NCBI GenBank assembly: GCA_002269645.1
Contig: NIVC01000037.1
Coordinates: forward strand, 1,359,365 to 1,423,364
DNA length: 64,000 bases
From: Macrostomum lignano
Taxonomy: Eukaryota
Direction of reading: 5' to 3'
The notes beneath the pieces are model-generated. The model was given only the letters and a program-made list of their open reading frames with translations, had not been told where the DNA came from and searched no databases. The position numbers and the translations under genes are program-made. Positions 1 to 40,764 of this stretch are shown here, piece by piece (position 1 is the first letter of the stretch; every line of letters starts with the position of its first letter).

Positions 1-170
1 TTCTGGGTTCTGAAGTTTCTTAGGTGTGAAGATTCTGGGTTGTGAAGACCTTGGGGTGTGAAGATTCTGAGTTAGGAAGATTGTAGGTCGTGAAGATTGT
101 GGGTTGTAAAGATTCTTAGTTGTGGAGGAGATTCAGGGTGTGAAAATTCTGGGGTGTAAAAAATATAATG
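1..170. repeat. Degenerate ~20-bp intronic repeat (tgtgaagattctggg core)
   Basis: Recurrent gtgaagatt / gattct motifs at roughly 20-bp spacing. Confidence 0.55.
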
Positions 171-271
171 TAAAGATTGCGGAGGTTTCAGCCGCTTATT
201 TATATAAGCTTCGCGGACACAGTCGTCAACTTTAAAATTTGATTATTTTTTGTCCAAAAACCAACGCGCAG

Positions 272-2026
272 GTGCTGGAAAACCTGGGCCTGCGCATCAG
301 CGCCGGCATCATGGACATGCAGGAGCGCAAGGACCACATCCAGACTGAGGTGGCCAAACTGTGCGGCCCGCCCAAGCTTAAAGCCAATGGCTCGCCTTCC
401 ATCGTGCCGCCGCCGCTGCCTCGGCCCGGCCGAGGTCGCCGACGTCGCCGCCGCGCCTCCATGTTCGGCTGGAACTACCGCAACAGCGATGATGCGCCAG
501 GGCCCAGCAGCCAAGCCCAGGAGCGGCTGGACGAGCTGGCCCTCACCGCTAAGCGAAGCCTGCCCGCCAGCCGGAGCCTGTTCAGGCCCAGCAGCCTGGC
601 CAAGCGCTTTTGCAAGGCCGACCCGGCCCCGCCTGGACGCTGCTGGAACGGCACCGACTCCGCCGCTGGCTACACGGCGCCAGCGTCGACGGTAGCGTCG
701 CCAGTAGAGCCGCCTACACTGGCCGTGTCTCAGCGGGTGGCCAATCTGCGCGCCGCTCACCGGCTTCTAGCCGAGCTGCCTAAAAGCGAAAGCTTTGCCG
801 GCTTCGTCGAGCAGCCGCTGGATCCAACGCTTAGGGGCCTGCTTAATAAACGCGCCAGAGTGGCGTCTAGCATTGGCAGTTCCGGCCCCAGCCTGACAGA
901 CGCTTTGCCTATCGGCGCCGCTACTGGTGGCGCCGGCCTCGGTTCCGGCAGCGGCGCCGCTCCTCCGCCCGTGCCGGTGGCCCCTCGGCCTCGCCCACCC
1001 GCCGGCGGATTTCCGCGCCGGCTTTCAACTCTGCCTCCGCTGACCCGGCCGCCGCCTGCTGGCGTAGTTGATTCTTGGCGTCCGTTGCCGCCAATTCGGC
1101 CGCGCCCAGACACGGCCGGGTCCGGCGATGCCGCCGGTCCGCCGCCAAGGCCAGGGGTCTGGGTACCCCCGCCTGCAGCCACCCGGGAGCCACCGGCGCC
1201 GCCTGCAACCCGCTGGCCACCGCTGCCGCCTGCGACCCGCTGGCCACCGCTGCCGCCTGCGACCCGTTGGCCACCGCTGCCGCCTGCGACCCGTTGGCCA
1301 CCGCTGCCGCCCCCGCAGCCGCCCGTTGTTGACGGAAGCTCCACAGTTGCTCCGCTGCCTTGGCGGCCGCCACCCGTTAACCCAGGCCTCGGCTCCGGCG
1401 ACGAAGAGCGGCCGCCACCCCGTCCGGGGATGTTCGTCCCGGCTCTGCCCACCGCCAGCTCTTCCTCTTCATCCACATCCGGCCCACTCGTGCCCGGCGG
1501 CGTCTCTTCGGGCGACGGCGAGCCAACCGGGCCTCCGCCGCCGCCTCGGCCGGTTCCGTCCGGCTGGCCGTGGCCGCCTATCGTCGACGTCGGCGGCGGC
1601 GAGACCTCCGGCGACGGTGAATTGCCGCCCCCAGTGGCGCCGCCTCAGCCACCGTCACCGCCAACCGAGTCCTGGTGGACGCCCCGGCCGCCGGTACAGC
1701 CGCAGCCGCCCCGGAAGCCGGCCACCCGCTGGCCGCCGCAGCCGCCCCGCCAGCCGCCCCGCCAGCCGCCCACCCGCTGGCCGCCGGTCATCCCCGGCCC
1801 GCCGCCCGGCGGTGACCTGTGGCTGCCCAAAGAGCCGGACGATCAAGGCGGAGCGGAGCGCGGCCGCGGCGAAGGCTCCATCCACGGCCCGATGAAGATG
1901 ACCAGCGCCAAGCGGGCCTGCCCGCCAGGCTCCCCGGCCTGTCCGGCCTGCCGCCCGCTGGCCGCCTCGGCCGGGACTCTCCTGCTGCTGGCCGGTCTGC
2001 AGCGGCTGCTTATGCTGCTGCGCTGA
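272..2026 (+). CDS. GPC: Glypican, terminal coding exon (5' exons lie upstream of the window)
   Basis: Acceptor cgcgcag|GTG at 271/272, phase 0. Translation VLENLGLRISAGIMDMQERKDHIQTEVAKLCGPPK resembles the glypican helix (GPC4/6 ...VKISEAIMNMQEN...QGCGxPK). It is followed by a polybasic furin-type site RGRRRRRR, a CWNGT motif, several Ser-Gly heparan-sulfate sites (GSGSG, GSGD, GSGDEE, SSGDGE, TSGDGE) and a hydrophobic GPI-signal-like C-terminus (AASAGTLLLLAGLQRLLMLLR*). Subfamily not resolved. Confidence 0.85.
   Translation: MLENLGLRISAGIMDMQERKDHIQTEVAKLCGPPKLKANGSPSIVPPPLPRPGRGRRRRRRASMFGWNYRNSDDAPGPSSQAQERLDELALTAKRSLPASRSLFRPSSLAKRFCKADPAPPGRCWNGTDSAAGYTAPASTVASPVEPPTLAVSQRVANLRAAHRLLAELPKSESFAGFVEQPLDPTLRGLLNKRARVASSIGSSGPSLTDALPIGAATGGAGLGSGSGAAPPPVPVAPRPRPPAGGFPRRLSTLPPLTRPPPAGVVDSWRPLPPIRPRPDTAGSGDAAGPPPRPGVWVPPPAATREPPAPPATRWPPLPPATRWPPLPPATRWPPLPPATRWPPLPPPQPPVVDGSSTVAPLPWRPPPVNPGLGSGDEERPPPRPGMFVPALPTASSSSSSTSGPLVPGGVSSGDGEPTGPPPPPRPVPSGWPWPPIVDVGGGETSGDGELPPPVAPPQPPSPPTESWWTPRPPVQPQPPRKPATRWPPQPPRQPPRQPPTRWPPVIPGPPPGGDLWLPKEPDDQGGAERGRGEGSIHGPMKMTSAKRACPPGSPACPACRPLAASAGTLLLLAGLQRLLMLLR
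1205..1312 (+). repeat. Coding 27-bp repeat x4 (ATRWPPLPP) in the glypican stalk
   Basis: Four near-identical copies of gc(a/g)acccg(c/t)tggccaccgctgccgcct. Confidence 0.9.
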
Positions 2027-2974
2027 TTTAGCATCGCATTACTCGAAGCCCCGCTGTGTCTCTCTCTGCCTACTCAAATCTCTCTAATTCTCTCTCGCAG
2101 TAATTTCGCTAACTCTCATTCCCTATTCGCTTAGCTGTTCGTCTTTTCAAAGTAGGCCTCACCGTCACCCCCTACTCCTCAAATCACTTTTGCATTATTG
2201 TGTCTTTGTTTTGGTGAGAATGAGCCTGTCTCTCTCTGTCGCTACCTCATCTGCATCGGATCTAGCTCTGATCCTTTTCATTTTGTTAATTGCTTATTGT
2301 TGTTATTATTATTATTATTGTTAAAAAATACCTTCAAAAAGATTGCAATCTCCCTCTTCCCCTTCGTTCCCTGCTGCTGCAACTCTTTATACAACACCCT
2401 CTCTATCTGTCTGCCTTCATCATGTAACTGACACCGAGAGACATCAGATTTAGGGACAGAAAGGATACAACAATTAATAAATAGCGATTAAATTTTCTAG
2501 CTGCTGAAGACAGAAGGTTGGCATAAATTTACTTTTTCAATTAAATCCTTCTGTCTTGTTGCTATAATCTGATCATGCTTGTACAGTACTGCAGACTACC
2601 ATTCTCGCACGCTTTTTTACTATAATTATTTGTTGTTTTTTTCACTCTAGTAGTTCATAGCTAGCTGCAAAGTAGTAACCGGCCTGTCTGTTTGATATTG
2701 TGTGTTTTGTTTGTTATATTTGTATTTTTCTATTAAATTATTGTATTAATACGTAAACAACGACAACAAGAACAAACAGATAAATGCCTAAGTGCAATAT
2801 TTGTCTGGCTCTCAGCGTAGTTCCTCGTGTATAATTTCACTTTTTCGTCTTTTTTGTTACTGTCCCATCCCTTTCTTCTCCTTCTCCTCCTAGGTCTCGC
2901 AGAGTTTTGAATAACTTACAAAATTTGTTGCATTTGCATTAGTTGATTCAACCTATTGGTCCTGTCTCCCCGTT

Positions 2975-3318
2975 GTCACCCCCATGGTCCTTCAGCGGGA
3001 GCCGCTGCCTCCCCCCCCCATGGTCCTTCAGCGGGAGCCGCTGTCTCCCCCCATGGTCCTTCAGCGGGAGCCGCTGCCTCCCCCCCATGGTCCTTCAGCG
3101 GGAGCCGCTGTCTCCCCCCATGGTCCTTCAGCGGTAGCCGCTGTCTCCCCCCATGGTCCTTCAGCGGTAGCCGCTGTCACCCCCATGGTCCTTCAGCGGG
3201 AGCCGCTGTCTCCCCCCATGGTCCTTCAGCGGGAGCCGCTGCCTCCCCCCCATGGTCCTTCAGCGGGAGTCGCTGTCTCCCCCCAATGGTCCTTCAGCTG
3301 CAGCCGCTGTCTCCCCCC
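2975..3318. repeat. Minisatellite, ~33-bp unit (ccccatggtccttcagcgggagccgctgtctc), ~10 copies
   Basis: Direct inspection. Confidence 0.95.
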
Positions 3319-3839
3319 GGTCAGTCACAATTCTTTTCCATTTGGCCTTGTTGTGACCTCCCAACAGAATTCCTGTATGCATTGGATAGGGCAAGGACAG
3401 TCTTTATACAGACTATTTGGACTCAGACATGAATCGCTGTAGTCATTGGCGAAAGTATACGATTCGTTTTCGAACAGAGCACTCGCTGATGTAAGAAGTC
3501 TGCACGCGAATAAACGAGCTTGAATGAGCAATTAAGTTGAGCAGAATAGGTATGCCATAAAATATTAAATGCAGACAGAATTGCCTATAATGTGGTAGGG
3601 TTGGCTTATTTAGCTCGTGAGCTTTAGAAAGAATGTGTGCAAACTCTTGTTGATGGCACTGGCCATTCTTTGCTGCTTTTGTGGACAGGGGCTCTTAATG
3701 ACTGTTAAAAGGTTTTAGTCTTTTTTTCTTGTGTCTTCTGCAAGTTTTACAGCGTCTGCAATAGTTTCTCTTAAATTTGAATCTCTGCTGGCATTCCCTT
3801 CATAATAAATTCCATCGTAGTTTATCCAATGTAGCTTAC

Positions 3840-4190
3840 GAGTAGGTAGAGTAGGGACTGCCCCTGAAGAGTCTGAGGTAGAGTAGGGACTGCCCCTGAA
3901 GAGTCTGAGGTAGAGTAGGGACTGCCCCTGAAGAGTCGGAGGTAGAGTAGGGGCTGTCCCTGAAGAGTCGGAGGTAGAGTAGCGGCTGCCCCTGAAGAGT
4001 CGGAGGTAGAGTAGCGGCTGTCCCTGAAGAGTCGGAGGTAGAGTAGCGGCTGTCCCTGAAGAGTCGGAGGTAGAGTAGCGGCTGTCCCTGAAGAGTCGGA
4101 GGTAGAGTAGCGGCTGTCCCTGAAGAGTCGGAGGTAGAGTAGCGGCTGTCCCTGAAGAGTCGGAGGTAGAGTAGCGGCTGTCCCTGAAAG
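3840..4190. repeat. Minisatellite, ~32-bp unit (tgaagagtcggaggtagagtagcggctgtccc), ~11 copies
   Basis: Direct inspection. Confidence 0.95.
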
Positions 4191-5204
4191 GCACAGAGGT
4201 TCCATTGATTTTGCTGAAAGCAACACGGAAATTCAAGCTCAGTAAGGCTTAGGGAGAAGAGAAGAAAGTGTTTCATTGCTGTAGGGATTTTCTGTGATGC
4301 CTCTGCTTTGTCGATCGCTTGCTAATTATTTATTGCACTGTCGAGTTTTTTCTTCGAGTTGTTTTTGTTTTAATTTTACAACGTGCTCGTCTTTTTAAAC
4401 TGCTGCTTTAACTGATTCTTTGAAACGAAGCTTAGTTTGTACTATTATAAATAACTGAGTTCCTTACAACGCGGGGTTTTCGAATATCATTCGAATCTAG
4501 GTCTGTTTTTAACTGTTTGTTTAAACACGTTTTTTGAATTGAGCATATTTGACTGCAGAACAATGGGTCCGATAACTTATGAAATTTTATGGCTGCTTTT
4601 TCACAAGTATTTTTACAATACTTTCCTCAGCTCTCTTTTACTAACTTTATATTATATGCGTACTTCTTGCTAAATCGCACCTTAATTCTATACTGATTAT
4701 TAATAAAAATAATTGCTAATCTTTAGTCTTCGAAGCGACTTCATTGTGCGACTTACAATATTGAATTATGTAGGCTACAGTTGATATTGCTGCCTTTTAG
4801 TTTCTTTTTATCACCTTGTTTTGCACAGGTTTTTCTGTTTTTACTATCGATATGATTAGTAATCATGTGCTTTTTGCTATTCTATCTAGCAACGAAGGGT
4901 CACTGCGTATATTATTATTAAAATCTAGCGTATCTTGCTTTGTTTTATTACAAAACAACTTTTTTTAAACATTTTTCAAACTTGCAAACACGAGCAAACA
5001 AAACAATGAACCTGCAGCGCTTCGTCTGTAGTGCTTCAAAATAGTAATTCACATGCGGTCAAGCTATATTTTGTTGTTTTATAAACGCCTATTAACTACA
5101 AATATATTATTACTATTATTATGCATATACCGTCATCCGTTGCGAACAAATATGAAAAAATAAGCACTTTGTTATTACTGATAATTGTTTTCCTTTTAAG
5201 AAGA

Positions 5205-5670
5205 GCCCATAAGGACTGATAAAGAGCGGATAAGAACTGATAAGGAGCCGATAGGAACTGATAAGGAGCCGATAAGAACTGATAAGGAGCCGATAAGAAC
5301 TGATAAGTAGCCGGTAAGAACTGATAAAGAGCCGATAAGAACTGATAAAGAGCCGATAAGAACTGATAAGGAGCCGGTAAGAACTGATAAGGAGCCGATA
5401 AGAACTGATAAGGAGCCGGTAAGAACTGATAAGGAGCCGATAAGAACTGATAAGGAGCCGGTAAGAACTGATAAGGAGCCGATAAGAACTGATAAGGAGC
5501 CGGTAAGAACTGATAAGGAGCCGATAAGAACTGATTAAGAGCCGATAAGGAGCCGGTAAGAACTGATAAGGAGCCGATAAGAACTGATTAAGAGCCGATA
5601 AGGAGCCGGTAAGAACTGATAAGGAGCCGATAAGAACTGATTAAGAGCCGATAAGGAGCCGGTAAGAACT
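5205..5670. repeat. Minisatellite, 21-bp unit (gataagaactgataaggagcc)
   Basis: Direct inspection. Confidence 0.95.
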
Positions 5671-6302
5671 CAAAGGATAGTACGCTCGTAGCTTCGCTAT
5701 GAAAGCCAATCGATAGGCTTTCTTAGGCTGGGGTTCTTGCTTGGCGAATTCCTGCCAAAATGGCATGCACGCACTACTCGTATAAACTGCGTGGTACGAG
5801 TGTATATGCTGGTTAAGTCTCCCAGAGAGGCAACAAGAATCGGAAAGAAGTTTCTTTTCACAGCAGTATCGTCAGTTGATCCGCCTAGAGATACTTGTGC
5901 GGCCGGCTTAGCCGTTATTGCATTGGGGGGATAAGTGCAGCCGTGTTGCATGGTAATGGCATTTCTCTTCAGTGCAGACTGGTCGCGCATTCCTGATACT
6001 CTCTATCCGGCTGGATTCTCTCCCCCCAATTCCTCTGATCCTCCAGTCTCCCTCCACAGGAATCTGCATCTGCACTCAAGGCACGCCAGTTTCCTCTCCT
6101 TATTAATTCTTGAATTCTTTCCTCGCAGCTCCTTGGGATTGGAACAAGCCCAAGACAAGCAAAGGCGGGCCGGTATTCGTGGCAAACTTGGCAACCATTT
6201 TTTTGGCGCTCTAAGCCTCTAAAACATCATTGGTGTTCATTTTGGCGAAATGTCTTCAAGTCCTAAATGCGTTCCTGCGATTCGGATATCCTATTCGGCT
6301 TT

Positions 6303-6768
6303 CCTGACACCCATATCAGCCCTACTGACACCCATGTCATCCCCACTGACACCCATGTCATCCCCACTGACACCCATGTCAGCCCTACTGACACCCATAT
6401 CAGCCCTACTGACACCCATATCAGCCCCACTGACACCCATGTCAGCCCTACTGACACCCATGTCAACCCTACTGACACCCACGTCATCCCTACTGACACC
6501 CACGTCATCCCTACTGACACCCATGTCAGCCCCACTGACACCCATGTCAACCCTACTGACACCCACGTCATCCCTACTGACACCCACGTCATCCCTACTG
6601 ACACCCACGTCATCCCTACTGACACCCACGTCATCCCTACTGACACCCATGTCAGCCCCACTGACACCCATGTCAACCCTACTGACACCCACGTCATCCC
6701 TACTGACACCCACGTCATCCCTACTGACACCCATGTCAGCCCTACTGACACCCATGTCATCCCTACTG
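6303..6768. repeat. Minisatellite, 21-bp unit (actgacacccatgtcagccct)
   Basis: Direct inspection. Confidence 0.95.
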
Positions 6769-7221
6769 TAAAGGGTTTGGCGTTCCTGATTTATTATTTA
6801 GGCGCGGCTTTCATTTTTACATTTTTGTTTTACATGAGTTTTCACATTGCAGTGCAGCAATAGATTAATGCCTGAGGATGGAGTCCAAAGAATCGACAAT
6901 TTATTTATCGAAATTCTTCAAATAGGAACCATTCGGCGATTGATACGAGTGTAAACGCTTATTTATTTCCAATATTTCCAATTCCACTCTTATAGAGACT
7001 GGGTCTCCCATATCTTTATCGACGGCTATACAATTGCTACGAGTATTGGAATTTGATTTTCGCAGCTCAGCCTCATTCACTCGAAGATTTTCCCCATGGT
7101 TTTCATCTGTCCAACGAGGGTTGATAAGGATAGTGCAGCAGACACAATATTGCGTTTAGCCTCCTCTTCAATATGAGTAGAAAAACCCTTAAACTTCAGT
7201 GGAATACTGCCCTTTTATCAA

Positions 7222-7990
7222 TCAGCGGGTGTTGATTCCCCTCTCCTTGTACACCAGCGGGTGCTGCTTCCCCTCTCCTTGTGCACCAGCGGTGCTGCTT
7301 CCCCTCTGCATTGTACACCAGCGGGTGCTGATTCCCCTCTCCTTGTACACCAGCGGGTGCTGCTTCCCCTCTCCTTGTGCACCAGCGGGTGCTGCTTCCC
7401 CTCTCCTTGTACACCAGCGGGTGTTGATTCCCCTCTGCATTGTACACCAGCGGGTGTTGATTCCCTCTGCATTGTACACCAGCGGGTGCTGATTCCCCTC
7501 TGCTTTGTACACCAGTGGGTGCTGATTCTCCTCTGCATTGTACACCAGCGGGTGCTGCTTCCCCTCTCCTTGTGCACCAGCGGGTGCTGCTTCCCCTCTG
7601 CATTGTACACCAGCGGGTGTTGATTCCCCTCTGCATTGTACACCAGCGGGTGCTGATTCCCCTCTGCATTGTACACCAGCGGGTGTTGATTCCCCTCTGC
7701 ATTGTACACCAGCGGGTGCTGATTCTCCTCTGCATTGTACACTAGCGGGTGCTGCTTCCCCTCTCCTTGTACACCAGCGGGTGCTGATTCCTCTCTGCAT
7801 TGTACACCAGCGGGTGCTGATTCTCCTCTGCATTGTACACCAGCGGGTGCTGATTCCTCTCTGCATTGTACACAAGCGGGTGCTGATTTCCCTCTGCATT
7901 GTACACCAGCGGGTGCTGATTCCTCTCTGCATTGTACACCAGCGGGTGCTGATTCCTCTCTGCATTGTACACTAGCGGGTGCTGATTCCC
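7222..7990. repeat. Minisatellite, ~33-bp unit (tgtacaccagcgggtgctgattcccctctgcat)
   Basis: Direct inspection. Confidence 0.95.
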
Positions 7991-8564
7991 CTCTTATGGC
8001 AGCTATAAAGAAAGGCCGCCTACGAATAGCAGATCATTTGAAATATAGGAGCGTATTTTACCAGGCAATAAGACGGCCATTGGAATTCACCGTTGGGATC
8101 GTTAAGGTTTACAACCTTGGCCGCTAAAAATTGACGCAAGCGTAAACTGTCTCCCTAGACGGCCCGCAGAATGTGCAATGAATTCGTTCAATAATAACGT
8201 TGCCGTAGTCTTTCGAAGCGAAGTAGACCTCTGAAGATTTGCATTTGTAATGAGACACATCTGGATGCCTAAGCTTAAGCTGCATACTTGAAAGTTATTG
8301 GCTTTTTAGCTGTTGCCCTGTTTTGCCACGGCTTTGAACTTTATCGAAGTTTGCTAAGAATTCCTTAATCCAGCATTATACAGATAATAAGAGCTTACCC
8401 TGCCATTACTGCCATCGCATCAACAACTCTTGGCGTGTATGAAGCGGTAAGACTGGGTACGGACTATAATGGCAAATAAATTGGACCTAGTCCGTGTGTT
8501 TACCGCAAAACATGTCATGCATGCTACTGTATATCAGTAGAGCAATAAGTCTTTGGGGGTCCTA

Positions 8565-8840
8565 TTTCATTTTTGAGCGGCGCCATTTCATTTGAGTGGG
8601 CGCCATTTCATTTGAGTGGGCGCCATTTCATTTGAGTGGGCGCCATTGCATTTGAGTAGGCGCCATTTCGTTTGAGTAGGCGCCATTTAATTTGAGTGGG
8701 CGCCATTGCATTTGAGTAGGCGCCATTTCATTTGAGTAGGCGCCATTTCATTTGAGCGGGCGCCATTTCATTCGAGTGGGCGCCATTTCATTTGAGTGGG
8801 CCCGCCGTTTCATTTGAGTGGGCGCCAGTTCATTTGAGTA
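8565..8840. repeat. Minisatellite, 20-bp unit (gggcgccatttcatttgagt)
   Basis: Direct inspection. Confidence 0.95.
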
Positions 8841-9184
8841 TATTGGAGTGTAGTGAAGGGAGATAGTTTTAAGTCTCAATCCCACGATCAGGTATTTGGT
8901 CACCCTCCCCTCTCCACTCTATCCTACTACCCTCTTTCTCACCCCCTCACACTGTAGTGTATTGTAGTTGTTCAAATATCAAAGATCAACACAGTGCTGA
9001 CTACTAAAGTTTATATCTTGAGTTTAGGTCTGGTTCAGCTCTTCCGATCCTTTTCAAATAGCTTGTACTAGTAAGATTGAAGTTAATCAGCTCTCCTGTG
9101 CCATTATTACAAAAATGATTTGACAGTGACGTCTAATCTTTCCCTTCTCCAACTCTCATCCTCTCTTTCCCAACCTTTTTAACA

Positions 9185-10120
9185 CACACTTTACCACCCT
9201 TTTACCACCCTATTTACCACACTCTATCTACCACACTCTTTCCCACCCTTTTTACTGCAATCTTTATCGAACTCTTTACCACACTCTTTACTACACTTTA
9301 TCACACTCTTTGTCACACTCTTTACCACACTCTTTACTACACTTTATCACACTCTTTGTCACACTCTTTACCACACTCTTTATTACCCTCTTTACCACAC
9401 TCTTTACCACACTTCATCACCCTCTTTGTCACCAGTGGCGGATCCTGGGGGGGGGCAAGGGGGCCATGGCCCCCCTCAGCTGCCTCGAAAAAAATTCTGC
9501 TCTTGGCCTTTGGCCCCCTTCTAAGTAAAGAAAGGGCTTGGGCCTTGGGGTGGGTTCCTACTCGGGGCAGTATGAAAAAATTTGGCCCCCCCCTCAAGAA
9601 ATTCCCGGATCCGCGCCTGTTTGTCACACTCTTTATCACCCTCTTTACCACACTCTTTATCACCCTCTTTACCACACTTTTTACCACACTCTTTACCACA
9701 CTCTTTATCACCCTCTTTACCACACTCTTTAATCACCCTCTTTACCACACTCTTTATCACCTTCTTTACCACACTCTTTATCACACTCTTTACCACACTC
9801 TTTATCACCCTCTTTACCACACTCTTTACCACACTCTTTATCACCCTCTTTACCACACTCTTTACCACCCTCTTTACCACACTCTTTACCACACTATTTA
9901 CCACACTCTTTATCACCCTCTTTACCACACTCTTTACCACACTCTTTACCACACTCTTTACCACCCTCTTTACCACACTCTTTACCACACTCTTTATCAC
10001 ACTCTTTACCACACTCTTTACCACACTCTTTACCACACTCTTTACCACACTCTTTACCACACTCTTTACCACACTCTTTACCACACTCTTTACCACACTC
10101 TTTACCACACTCTTTCCCAC
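9185..10120. repeat. 12-bp satellite (ctctttaccaca) interrupted by a MITE
   Basis: Direct inspection. Confidence 0.95.
9433..9619. mobile_element. 187-bp non-autonomous DNA transposon (MITE), hAT-like
   Basis: TIRs CAGTGGCGGATCC ... GGATCCGCGCCTG (11/13 match). Perfect 8-bp TSD TTTGTCAC at 9425-9432 and 9620-9627. An 8-bp TSD with CAG termini is typical of the hAT superfamily. Confidence 0.85.
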
Positions 10121-10786
10121 CCTTTCTCTTTCTCACACTCTTTCTCATTTTTTGCCATCCTCTGTTTCCCACCATCTCCTCAGCCTCTCTCCCACCTTTT
10201 TTCTGTCGCCCTTGGTTCCTATTTTCACTTCTTGGCCAATTGTCGCTAGCCTGCAATGTACATGTACGAGGGCAATATTAATTTTTAATCTAGTTTCTCT
10301 TTGTACTACTTCGATGTCTTTCGGTTTCCATCCATTCACCGCAATGAAAGCTAAACAATAAAAATCTCATACGCTAAATTTTGTCTCTATATTTCACAAG
10401 ATTGCTCAGCAATGAACTCCCTCCATGGCGAGTCAAGGGCCGCTCTCGTGAGCCTGCTGCAGGTCGGGCAACCCCCTTTTGTTAGACTGAATTGTTCTCA
10501 GCGTTGTAACTCGTACACCAGCCAGCAGAGACTTTAAACAAACCTGTAGCTTTAGTCTCTGCAGCCACCCCTGCGCTCTCTTCTCACACCCGAGACTGCA
10601 TAGTTATAACAGATTGTTTAATTTTCGGAGAAATCAACTTCAAATAATGAAATCTTTTGACAACTGAAAACCGTTTACCGGATCTGATGACGTCATTGAC
10701 GAGAAAGAAATGATTTCGTAGGAAATTATAGTAGGACTTTTTTACCAGTTTCCAATCCAGATCTCTGTTAGCCTCTATTAGTAGTC

Positions 10787-10970
10787 CATAAATAATTCGC
10801 GCGTGCGCCAGGCTCGGAGACGAGAGATAGGACGGGGCGGTCCCCAGCTGCAGAATACAAGTAAGCTTACGGAGAGAGGCAAAGTTAGACAGAATGAGAA
10901 CGCTGGGGTCGGACGGGACCCCCCTCTTGGCCAGTTTATTGCTTAAAATTATTACTTTTTACTACTGCAG
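10787..10970 (+). promoter_or_regulatory. Putative promoter, non-coding first exon and 5'-UTR intron of SLC6 gene 1
   Basis: TATA-like cataaata (~10788), CpG-rich stretch with GC box ggggcgg, donor-like aa|gtaagc at 10861, acceptor ttttactactgcag| at 10970. Confidence 0.45.
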
Positions 10971-11025
10971 ACGATAATGGAACTCCGCTTGAAGAAGTTC
11001 ATTAAAGATTGAAAATTTATTTAAA

Positions 11026-23062
<12,037 letters not shown>

Positions 23063-23422
23063 AAATACTGTTATGCATATATTATTACAAATTGCTAACA
23101 TTATAGCGTCCGCTTTTCTACCGAAGTACATAACGAACTTTGCAATGGGCTTATGCAGGACTATTGAATATAGAATCTATTTGCATATTAGTCTAGAATG
23201 CTAACCTCTAAGCTGCTGCAGCTCTTAAATATCTACCTCCTTCCTTCATTGCGGTAATTAACTAACAGGGTGAGAGCGATTTTTCCTCCGGAGGTAATGA
23301 AGGAAAAGCAATCTTTGGACGAAACAGGTGATAGAAGTGCATGCATCTCAGCCACTCGATCCCAGCTGTAGCATCGATCTTATCCCAGCCAATCAATTCT
23401 GTTGGTCAGCAGCAGCCTCTCA

Positions 23423-40611
<17,189 letters not shown>

Positions 40612-40764
40612 ATATAGGGCGTTTTTAAGTAGTCCTCTATCGAGGTTCAGTCTAATCAACGATTAAACATTTATAAGCAATGATGCAGACGTGCTTAGCT
40701 CGACCCCAGCACCTCATCTGTTACCAGTTATTTCCTTCATTTAGACTGTCCTCTGCCTCCCTAT

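Noticed and set aside
200-1885. Overlapping minus-strand and alternate-frame ORFs over the glypican exon
   Set aside because: Shadow ORFs expected from very high GC content; no recognisable motifs.
5690-6230. Moderately GC-rich unique stretch with short ORFs
   Set aside because: No recognisable protein or RNA motif in any frame; possibly an old TE remnant, but unsupported.
10264-10300. TACGAGGG mariner-like TIR start (a similar one at ~26330)
   Set aside because: No matching inverted end found nearby.
2943-10361. Many long ORFs in all frames (e.g. 6250-6771, 7222-7965, 9356-10249)
   Set aside because: They are stop-free translations of minisatellites with no homology or splice context.
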